A DNA stretch of 64,000 nucleotides from Pseudomonadota bacterium (GTDB lineage: Bacteria > Pseudomonadota > Gammaproteobacteria > Burkholderiales > JABEVD01), in contig JAJZTQ010000014.1 in the NCBI GenBank assembly GCA_021848825.1, positions 36 to 64,035 of the forward strand, in the 5' to 3' direction. The position numbers and the translations under genes are program-made. The notes beneath the pieces were generated by a model that was not told where the DNA came from, did no database searches, and saw only the letters and a program-made list of their open reading frames with translations. This document shows, one piece after another, positions 57,249 through 64,000 of the stretch. Numbering within the stretch: the first letter of the stretch is position 1; every line of letters begins with the position of its first letter.

Positions 57249-58517
57249 CTACCGTGTCAGTTTCGGGAATATACGCGCCATTTTGACAAATCGGCCCTGA
57301 GTTTGCACGATTTCGACAGGATAATCTGCAATCTTGAGGCTTGTGCCCGATTCCGGGATGTCCTCGAAATGTTCGAGGATGAGGCCGTTCAGGGTTTTCG
57401 GCCCGTCTATCGGAAGGGCGAGGCCGAGCTTGCGGTTGAGCTCCCGAAGCAGGCTGCTCCCTTCCACGAGATAGCTTCCGTCTTCCAGTTTCTGGTACAT
57501 CCCCGTCTGCATCGGGGAATGGGCATTGAATTCCCCCAGTATTTCCTCGATGATGTCTTCGAGCGCGACGAGCCCCTTGAGTTCGCCGTATTCGTCGACG
57601 ACAAGCCCGAGCCTTCTCCTGTTTTCCTTGAAATGCTGAAGCTGCGAAAAGAGCGGCGTGCCTTCCGGAACGAAGTAGGGCTCCCTCAGCACCTGGGAAA
57701 GATTCTCCGAGGTGATGGGTTCGCTTTCCAGCTTTGAGAGCGCCTTTCTCACTTCGAGTATGCCGACGACATTGTCGAGATTTTCCCTGTAGGCGAGCAC
57801 CCTCGCATGATAGGCAGTGGAAAGCTGTTCCCGCATCGTTTCGGACGGAATGGTGATGTCGATCGCTTCGATCTGGCTCCTCGGGATCATGACGTCGTCG
57901 ACCGTGATCGCCTCGAGATCGAAAATGTTGAGCAGGATGCTCTGGTGTCCCTTGGGTATGAAATGGCTTTCCTCGAGCACGAGCATTCTCAATTCCTCCA
58001 TGCTGAGCTTGTGCTGAGCGCCGCTGACCGTCTTGAAGCGCATCAGCCAGAGCAGGGATTGAACGAAGAGGTTGACGAACCAGATGACAGGCATTGCCAA
58101 TCGCAGAAGAGGGGAGAGCACGAAGCTTGCAGGGAAGGCGATCCTTTCCGGATAGGAGGCAGCCATGATCTTCGGCGTGATTTCGCTGAAAATGAGCAGC
58201 AGGAAGGTCAGAACAAGCGCGCCGATCGTGATGGCCCACTCTTGGTTGCCGAAAAGCCTGATCGTGATGACCGTGACAAGCGAGGCTGCGGCGGCATTGA
58301 CGAGGCTGCTGCCGAGCAGGATCACGCTCAGCAGCCTGTCGACTTTCTGCAGAAGGAGGCTGGTCAGCTTGGCGCCCCTGTGTCCCGTCTGCGCAAGATG
58401 CTTCAACCTGTAGCGGTTGATCGCCATCATGCTTGTTTCCGAAATCGAGAAGAATGCTGAAAGGATGATGAAGACGACGAGAAGGAGAAAGAGCGTCGTC
58501 AGCGAGATATTGTCCAT
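57249..58517 (-). CDS. CNNM/HlyC/CorC-family transporter (DUF21 + CBS pair + CorC_HlyC domain)
   Basis: The 422-aa product has an N-terminal 4-TM DUF21 domain (SAFFSISETSMM), a central CBS pair (VDDVMIPR ... VVDEYGELKGLV), and a C-terminal transporter-associated domain. Confidence 0.85.
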   Translation of the reverse strand: MDNISLTTLFLLLVVFIILSAFFSISETSMMAINRYRLKHLAQTGHRGAKLTSLLLQKVDRLLSVILLGSSLVNAAAASLVTVITIRLFGNQEWAITIGALVLTFLLLIFSEITPKIMAASYPERIAFPASFVLSPLLRLAMPVIWFVNLFVQSLLWLMRFKTVSGAQHKLSMEELRMLVLEESHFIPKGHQSILLNIFDLEAITVDDVMIPRSQIEAIDITIPSETMREQLSTAYHARVLAYRENLDNVVGILEVRKALSKLESEPITSENLSQVLREPYFVPEGTPLFSQLQHFKENRRRLGLVVDEYGELKGLVALEDIIEEILGEFNAHSPMQTGMYQKLEDGSYLVEGSSLLRELNRKLGLALPIDGPKTLNGLILEHFEDIPESGTSLKIADYPVEIVQTQGRFVKMARIFPKLTR

Positions 58518-59314
58518 TACCGCCTGAGGATGACTTCCAGCACGAACTTGCTGCCGACATAGGCGAGCAGCAGCATGACGAATCCGGTCATGGTCGAGCG
58601 AACCGCAATCCTGCCGCGCCAGCCGTAAAAATGGCGGCCCCCGAGGAGCATGGCGAAAATCGCCCAGGAAATGAAGGTGAAAATGGTCTTGTGGTTGAAT
58701 TCGAAAGGCTTGCCGAAAAGCTCTTCCGAATAAAGCACCCCGGAGAAGAGCGTCAGGGTAAGCAAAATGAATCCTGCGCCTATGACGCGGAAAAGCAGCG
58801 TTTCCATCGTCAGGAGCGGCGGCAGGTTCTTCAGCATCGTGGGCATCCCGCTGTGCAGGCGCTTCTCTATGAAATCCATCAGGATCGCCTGGAGGGCGGC
58901 GATCGAGAACAGGCTGTAGGCGAGAAGGCCGATGGTGAGATGGATCTTGAAGGCGAGCATGTTGGCATGCGGCAGAAAGTGCGGGGAAGGAAAGATGCCC
59001 GGGAGAAGCACGCAGAATGCGGCAAGCATGGCAATCGGCGCCTGGATCGCCCTCAGGTTGTGGAAGAAGCCGCCCATCCAGTGTATCCCCACGATCAGCC
59101 AGACGATGGCCGAAATCGAATTTCCTATGCCGAAATTGAGTCCTTCGCTTGTTTCGATGAAGAGATTGCTGTAGAGCGCGTAGCCGTGCAGCAGGAAAGG
59201 CGGCAAGATGGCAAATCTTGTCCAGTTCTTCTCGGGCTCCTTCACGCAGAACTGCAGCACTGCGATGAGGGCGTAAAGCAGGGAAGGAATCAGGTAAATT
59301 AAAAAGCCAGGCAT
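58517..59314 (-). CDS. Cytochrome c assembly (CcsA-like) family inner-membrane protein, YpjD type
   Basis: The 265-aa polytopic membrane protein is divergent from ffh, the conserved YpjD position. The family call rests on synteny and topology. Confidence 0.65.
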   Translation of the reverse strand: MPGFLIYLIPSLLYALIAVLQFCVKEPEKNWTRFAILPPFLLHGYALYSNLFIETSEGLNFGIGNSISAIVWLIVGIHWMGGFFHNLRAIQAPIAMLAAFCVLLPGIFPSPHFLPHANMLAFKIHLTIGLLAYSLFSIAALQAILMDFIEKRLHSGMPTMLKNLPPLLTMETLLFRVIGAGFILLTLTLFSGVLYSEELFGKPFEFNHKTIFTFISWAIFAMLLGGRHFYGWRGRIAVRSTMTGFVMLLLAYVGSKFVLEVILRR

Positions 59315-59389
59315 TTTATTGTAGACTAGCGAAACAGCTTAAAGTGTACACCATCTCATGCCATATGGCATTAATCGGGAATCTCTGAA

Positions 59390-60736
59390 ATGTTAGACAA
59401 TCTGACGATGCGCCTCTCGGGCGTGATCAAGACGCTGAGGGGCCAGGCGAGGCTCTCGGACGCCAACATCCAGGACGCGCTGAGGGAAGTCAGAATGGCT
59501 CTGCTCGAAGCAGATGTCGCGCTGCCTGTGGTGAAGGCCCTGATCGACGAGATCAGGAAGAAGGCGATAGGGCAGGAAGTGCAGGGGAGCCTGACGCCCG
59601 GCCAGGCATTCATCGGCGTCGTGCATGGGGAGCTCGCAAGGCTCATGGGCGAGCACAATGCCGGACTCAATCTCGCTTCTGTTCCTCCGGCAGTGATCCT
59701 GATGGCAGGCCTCCAGGGTGCGGGCAAGACCACCACTTCGGGAAAGCTCGCGAAGTGGCTGCACGAGGGCATGAAGAAGAAAGTGCTGCTCGCGAGCTGC
59801 GATGTCTACCGGCCGGCCGCGATCGAGCAGCTGAGGACCATTGCAGGGCAGCTCGGCATCGAATTCTTTGAGTCGCAATCGGCGAAGCCCGTCGAAATAG
59901 CGAAAGATGCGCTCGATTACGGCAGGCGCCACTATTTCGATGTGCTGATCGTCGATACGGCGGGGCGCCTTGCGATAGATGAAGCCATGATGAAGGAGAT
60001 CGCGGAACTCCATGCGGGGCTCAAGCCTGTCGAGACGCTCTTCGTTGTCGATGCGATGCAGGGTCAGGATGCGGTCAACACGGCCAAGGCCTTTTCCGAG
60101 ACGCTGCCGCTGACTGGCGTGATTCTCACCAAACTGGACGGCGACGCGAGGGGAGGCGCTGCGCTTTCTGTCAGGCATGTGACGGGAAAGCCGATCAAGT
60201 TCGTAGGGGTGGGCGAAAAGCTTGCAGGGCTCGAAGCCTTCCACCCGGAACGGATGGCCTCCCGAATACTCGGCATGGGGGACGTGCTTTCGCTGATCGA
60301 GGAGGCGAGCCGCGGGGTCGATCATGAGGAAGCAAAGAAGCTTGCCCAGAAGGTGAAATCCGGCAAGGGATTCGATCTCGAGGACTTCAAGATCCAGGTG
60401 CAGCAGATGAAGAAGATGGGCGGGCTCAATGCGCTCATGGACAAGCTTCCTGCCCAGCTGACCCAGGCGGCGCAGGGCGCCCAGATGGACGACAAAGTGA
60501 TTTCCAGGATAGAGGGCATCATCAATTCGATGACGAGACTCGAGCGCGTCAAGCCCGAGATCATCAAGGCTTCCAGGAAGAGAAGGATTGCCGCAGGGGC
60601 GGGCGTTTCCGTTCAGGAAGTCAACCGCCTGCTCAACCAGTTCGAGCAGACCCAGAAGATGATGAAAATGGTCTCCAAGGGCGGGATGGCAAAAATGCTG
60701 CGCGGAATGAAAGGGATGCTGCCTGGGCTGAGGTGA
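59390..60736 (+). CDS. ffh: Signal recognition particle protein Ffh
   Basis: The 448-aa product has GLQGAGKTTT, DTAGRL, TKLDGDARGG, and a Met-rich M domain (QMKKMGG ... MMKMVSKGGMAKM). Confidence 0.98.
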   Translation: MLDNLTMRLSGVIKTLRGQARLSDANIQDALREVRMALLEADVALPVVKALIDEIRKKAIGQEVQGSLTPGQAFIGVVHGELARLMGEHNAGLNLASVPPAVILMAGLQGAGKTTTSGKLAKWLHEGMKKKVLLASCDVYRPAAIEQLRTIAGQLGIEFFESQSAKPVEIAKDALDYGRRHYFDVLIVDTAGRLAIDEAMMKEIAELHAGLKPVETLFVVDAMQGQDAVNTAKAFSETLPLTGVILTKLDGDARGGAALSVRHVTGKPIKFVGVGEKLAGLEAFHPERMASRILGMGDVLSLIEEASRGVDHEEAKKLAQKVKSGKGFDLEDFKIQVQQMKKMGGLNALMDKLPAQLTQAAQGAQMDDKVISRIEGIINSMTRLERVKPEIIKASRKRRIAAGAGVSVQEVNRLLNQFEQTQKMMKMVSKGGMAKMLRGMKGMLPGLR

Positions 60737-60744
60737 AATTCTGC

Positions 60745-60774
60745 TTGCGGGAAACGGGCTTTCTGTCGTACAAT
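60745..60774 (+). promoter_or_regulatory. Candidate sigma70 promoter of the rpsP operon: TTGCGG - 18 nt - TACAAT
   Basis: The -35 is at 60745-60750 and the -10 is at 60769-60774, 35 nt upstream of the rpsP ATG. Confidence 0.45.
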
Positions 60775-60808
60775 TTCCCTCTTTTAGTTTTTCGGGGTAG
60801 GTTAGGCG

Positions 60809-61057
60809 ATGGTTATCGTACGTCTCGCTCGTGGTGGCGCTAGGAAACGCCCGTTTTTCAATCTGGTCGTGGCGGATTCGCGCAGCACGCGCGACGGTCG
60901 CTTCATCGAGCGCGTAGGGTTCTACAATCCTGTCGCGTCCGAAGGACAGGAAGCGCTTCGCATCCAGATGGACAGGATCAAGTATTGGCAGGACCGCGGC
61001 GCACAGATGAGCGATGCGGTGACGAAGCTGGTCAAGCGATTCGGTGCCGCAGCCTGA
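60809..61057 (+). CDS. rpsP: 30S ribosomal protein S16
   Basis: The 82-aa product reads [41 protein letters not shown]. Confidence 0.98.
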   Translation: MVIVRLARGGARKRPFFNLVVADSRSTRDGRFIERVGFYNPVASEGQEALRIQMDRIKYWQDRGAQMSDAVTKLVKRFGAAA

Positions 61058-61061
61058 AGCA

Positions 61062-61550
61062 ATGGTTGTGATGGGGCAGGTTTTTGCCCCGTATGGCATC
61101 AAGGGATGGATCAAGGTTCTTCCCTATACCGAAACGATAGACAGCCTGCTCGATTTCCCTTCCTGGTGGCTGGGAAGAGAGGGTCATTGGCAGGAAACCC
61201 GGGTGATCGAGGCGCAGGTCCATGGCAAAAGCGTCGTGGCCAGAATCGAGGCGAGCCGGGACAGGAATGACGCCGAGAGACTGAAGGGGATGCAGGTGGC
61301 CGTGCCGAGGGAAATGCTCCCCGAGGCGGGCGAGAACGAATATTACTGGTCCGATCTGATCGGGCTGCAAGTGGTCAACCCGGAAGGGAAAATTCTGGGT
61401 CTGGTTGAAAGCATCATCGAGACGGGTGCGAACGATGTGCTCGAAGTGAAGGGGGAGAAAACCTGTCTCATCCCTTTCGTTTCGGAATTCGTTCTCGATG
61501 TGGACATGAAAGGCAGGAAGATCCTCGCCGAATGGGGGGAGGATTGGTGA
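61062..61550 (+). CDS. rimM: 16S rRNA processing protein RimM
   Basis: It has [18 protein letters not shown] and a PRC-barrel C-terminus. The start is ATG 61062 (the GTG at 61044 in the track ORF is also possible). Confidence 0.9.
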   Translation: MVVMGQVFAPYGIKGWIKVLPYTETIDSLLDFPSWWLGREGHWQETRVIEAQVHGKSVVARIEASRDRNDAERLKGMQVAVPREMLPEAGENEYYWSDLIGLQVVNPEGKILGLVESIIETGANDVLEVKGEKTCLIPFVSEFVLDVDMKGRKILAEWGEDW

Positions 61551-62284
61551 GGATAGGTGTCGTCACCCTTTTTCCTGAAATGATCGATGCCTTTTCCCGC
61601 TTCGGCGTGACGGGGAGGGCGAGGGAAAGAGGACTGTACAGTCTCGGGCTCTGGAATCCAAGGGATTATGCCGGGGACAATTACAGGACGGTCGACGACA
61701 GGCCTTACGGCGGCGGACCCGGCATGGTGATGATGGCCGGCCCCCTTGAAGATGCGCTCGATGCGGCCCAGGGATCCGAACCTGGCCGCGTGATCTACCT
61801 TTCCCCCCAGGGAGCGAGGCTTGATCACGAAAAGGTGATGAAGCTGGCTTCGGAGCCGAAGATCGTGCTGGTCGCAGGCAGGTATGAAGGTGTGGACGAG
61901 CGGTTCGTGAGCCGCAGGGTGGACGAGGAAATCTCGATCGGGGATTACGTGCTTTCAGGCGGGGAACTCGCCGCGCTCGTCCTGATCGATGCAGTGGTCA
62001 GGCAGCTGCCGGGGGTGTTGGGCGATGCGGATTCCGCGCTTGAGGATTCCTTCGCGACAGGACTGCTGGATTGCCCGCATTACACCCGCCCCGAGGTTTA
62101 CAGGGGGGATGCGGTGCCTCAGGTGCTCCTTTCAGGAGACCATGAGAAGATCAGGAAATGGCGGCTCAAGGCGTCGCTGGGAAGGACATGGGCAAGGCGC
62201 CCCGACCTTCTGCAGGGAAGGGTGCTGAGCATGGAAGAATCGAGGCTGCTTGATGAATTCAGGCAGGAATGGAACGATGTTTAA
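61547..62284 (+). CDS. trmD: tRNA (guanine37-N1)-methyltransferase
   Basis: It has [33 protein letters not shown] and [11 protein letters not shown]. The GTG start at 61547 overlaps the rimM stop (GTGA). The track ORF starts at 61532. Confidence 0.93.
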   Translation: MRIGVVTLFPEMIDAFSRFGVTGRARERGLYSLGLWNPRDYAGDNYRTVDDRPYGGGPGMVMMAGPLEDALDAAQGSEPGRVIYLSPQGARLDHEKVMKLASEPKIVLVAGRYEGVDERFVSRRVDEEISIGDYVLSGGELAALVLIDAVVRQLPGVLGDADSALEDSFATGLLDCPHYTRPEVYRGDAVPQVLLSGDHEKIRKWRLKASLGRTWARRPDLLQGRVLSMEESRLLDEFRQEWNDV

Positions 62285-62294
62285 GGAGCAACAA

Positions 62295-62663
62295 ATGAAT
62301 CTGATCGGTCAGCTGGAACAGGAAGAGATCGCAAGGCTTGGCAAGAATATCCCGGAATTCGCGCCGGGGGATACGGTGATCGTCAATGTCAATGTCGTCG
62401 AAGGCGAAAGGAAGCGTGTCCAGGCTTATGAAGGCGTGGTCGTTGCAAAGCGCAACCGCGGCCTCAATTCCGCTTTCACGGTCCGCAAGATTTCCTCGGG
62501 CGAAGGGGTGGAGCGCACCTTCCAGACCTATTCTCCCCTGATTGCGAGCATAGAAGTGAAGCGCCGCGGCGATGTCAGGCGCGCCAAGCTTTATTATCTG
62601 AGGGATCGTTCAGGAAAGTCCGCGAGGATCAAGGAAAAGCTTCCTGCCAAGAAATCGGCCTGA
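62295..62663 (+). CDS. rplS: 50S ribosomal protein L19
   Basis: It has [11 protein letters not shown] ... [28 protein letters not shown] ... [15 protein letters not shown]. An AAGGAG RBS lies upstream. The track ORF starts at 62250. Confidence 0.97.
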   Translation: MNLIGQLEQEEIARLGKNIPEFAPGDTVIVNVNVVEGERKRVQAYEGVVVAKRNRGLNSAFTVRKISSGEGVERTFQTYSPLIASIEVKRRGDVRRAKLYYLRDRSGKSARIKEKLPAKKSA

Positions 62664-62674
62664 TTTCATGGGCT

Positions 62675-62707
62675 AAAAAAGGGCTGCATTACGCAGCCCT
62701 TTTTTTA
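62675..62707 (+). terminator. Rho-independent terminator after rplS (potentially bidirectional)
   Basis: The sequence is aaaaaa-GGGCTGC-attac-GCAGCCC-tttttttt. It has a 7-8 bp GC-rich stem, a 5-nt loop, an A-tract before and a T-tract after, and lies 12 nt past the rplS stop. Confidence 0.85.
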
Positions 62708-62773
62708 TGCCCTGGGAAGCGCCAAGCCTGCTACCATGATAAGTCGTCGAAATGACGGGTACTGAGGAGAATA

Positions 62774-63142
62774 ATGATGAAGACAAGCGTCATGATTCTG
62801 GAAAGGAAAGTACTCATCGAGTGCAGCGGCGCTGCAGAAAAACAGATGAATGCGCTTGATGAGCCGCTGTTTGTCGAGATGGAGCTTTATTTCAGCTGTC
62901 TGATCAGAAAGGCTGTCAGATTCGGCGCTCGTTCACATGCAGAAAATTTCATAGCCGCGACGCCCAAGCTCAGAATCGGTTTTCGTCCGGTGGTGGCCGT
63001 CGCCTGCGACGCGAAGGCTTTCGACGGCGATCAACCCTTGACCGATTTTCCCATACTCAAGCCGCAGGCATGTGTGCCGAAGCGGCTGACCATAGACTAC
63101 AAGAACGGCAAATGGGTTGGCGATTTTTTCCTGGTCAGTTGA
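62774..63142 (+). CDS. Hypothetical protein
   Basis: The 122-aa ORF has a GAGGAG RBS 4-9 nt upstream. I recognised no family. Confidence 0.5.
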   Translation: MMKTSVMILERKVLIECSGAAEKQMNALDEPLFVEMELYFSCLIRKAVRFGARSHAENFIAATPKLRIGFRPVVAVACDAKAFDGDQPLTDFPILKPQACVPKRLTIDYKNGKWVGDFFLVS

Positions 63143-63445
63143 GATGATACGCAAGGGATGCGGTTGGGTCCAATCTTCAGCCTATCATCTGTCTAACGAT
63201 ACTTTGCGGCTTTGCCGGGAAAACACGTTAATCCAGAATGCCTGGGCTTGATGCCCAGGGGCGTGCGCAATGATCGCAGCTCCCGGCGGAATGCGGAGCC
63301 TCAATACCTTTCCGTACGCCGCTCTTTTAAGCATTCCAGATGTCGTAGCAGGCCATGCGGCTGAAGTGCAACAAATAGTCTATTGCCTTTTCGTGCATGG
63401 CTGCGGATTTGAGGCAAACCTCGCAGATGACCGGCGTCCGATCTT

Positions 63446-63970
63446 TCAGATTTTCCTGCGAAGCCCGAATCCGAGGGCCGTCAGCCCGCCGAGAAAGAGG
63501 AATGCGGCGTCCGGTTCAGGAACGGAGGAGGATGATGAATTCCAGGTTGCGAGCGTGCCATTCAATGCCGATGCATTGCCGTTTGACGCGCTGCTCATGG
63601 GGCCGTCCACCGGGCCGAGGATCATCATGTCGTTCGAAAAATTCGAAGTGTAGGCTTCGACGCGCCAGTTGTTGATCGCACCAGTGGCATCCGTTCCGAG
63701 CATCAGCGAGAGCGTGGCGCCAGGCGTCGAGTTGGTGAGCGTATAGAGGCCGTCGTTCATCGACCAGGACGAAACCGTCCCGGTATAGGTTCCGTAGAGG
63801 AGGTTAGGCGCAAGCGCGGTCGGCGTGGCGAACTGGAATGTGATCTGCATCGACGTCGTATAAGGTGGCGTCGCGAATGTGTAGTCTCCTCCAGTTGCAG
63901 TGTATACCACGGAGGCCGATGCCATCAGCGGCGCGATTAGAAGGGCGAGGGCTGCGATTGTTCTTTTCAC
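63446..63970 (-). CDS. PEP-CTERM sorting-domain protein (exosortase substrate)
   Basis: The 174-aa product has a GTG start with an AAGGAAG RBS. It has a signal peptide (ALALLIAPLMASA), a Thr/Ser/Gly-rich body, and a terminal VPEPDAAFLFLGGLTALGFGLRRKI signal. Confidence 0.85.
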   Translation of the reverse strand: MKRTIAALALLIAPLMASASVVYTATGGDYTFATPPYTTSMQITFQFATPTALAPNLLYGTYTGTVSSWSMNDGLYTLTNSTPGATLSLMLGTDATGAINNWRVEAYTSNFSNDMMILGPVDGPMSSASNGNASALNGTLATWNSSSSSVPEPDAAFLFLGGLTALGFGLRRKI

Positions 63971-64000
63971 GACTGATCTTCCTTGAATTGTTAGACGGGA

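Noticed and set aside
56001-57737. 578-aa plus-strand ORF spanning pilB and the CNNM-family gene on the opposite strand (plus the 552-aa minus-strand alternative-frame ORF 56902-58560)
   Set aside because: It crosses a gene boundary on the opposite strand and has a biased Arg/Asp/Gly/Phe composition with no motifs. The annotated partners have complete Walker, CBS and other motifs.
59393-61114. 573-aa minus-strand ORF antisense to ffh and rpsP
   Set aside because: It is a shadow ORF. It is opposite two of the most conserved genes in the window and spans their intergenic promoter. Its composition is Arg/His/Leu/Pro-rich.
63241-63259. Hairpin CCTGGGC-ttgat-GCCCAGG between the convergent hypothetical and PEP-CTERM genes, as a terminator
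   Set aside because: It is a perfect 7-bp stem, but there is no U-tract on either strand immediately after it. I did not annotate it as an intrinsic terminator.
1-64000. CRISPR arrays, tRNA/rRNA genes, transposases, integrases, prophage genes
   Set aside because: I saw no regularly spaced repeats, cloverleaf-like segments or recombinase motifs in any intergenic region or ORF. The low-GC cassette has no visible mobility genes at its borders.

Overview
This 64-kb window is a chromosomal segment from a Gram-negative genome. It is most likely betaproteobacterial, inferred from gene order only: the mraZ-to-ftsZ dcw cluster followed by lpxC, DUF721/dciA, secA and argJ; pilBCD-coaE-zapD-yacG-nudix; and ffh with rpsP-rimM-trmD-rplS. 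The left third (1-20.6 kb, all minus strand) is a large surface-polysaccharide locus. It holds UDP-2-acetamido-2,6-dideoxy-L-hexose genes, several glycosyltransferases (one GT2 fused to a methyltransferase, one TPR/GT41-like), and an FdtA/FdtB 3-amino-sugar branch with a FemAB-like transferase. It also holds a sulfotransferase with PAPS-supply genes (APS kinase fused to a degenerate CysN, plus CysQ), a Wzx flippase, a remnant of an ABC-2 permease, an EPS-type MarR regulator and rmlBACD. The middle is a complete dcw operon with a readable sigma70 promoter and a four-fold MraZ operator. It contains an odd 121-bp duplication/insertion at the ftsW-murG junction. The stretch 42.9-48.9 kb looks accessory. 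It carries a FeeM-like N-acyl amino acid synthase / SemiSWEET / cNMP-domain operon, a PEP-CTERM protein, and an uncharacterised membrane-protein / lipoprotein / small-protein operon. That operon is followed by an ORF interrupted by an in-frame TGA with a perfect hairpin just downstream. I recognised no rRNA, tRNA, CRISPR array, transposase or integrase. All function calls come from by-eye motif and family recognition, not database searches.
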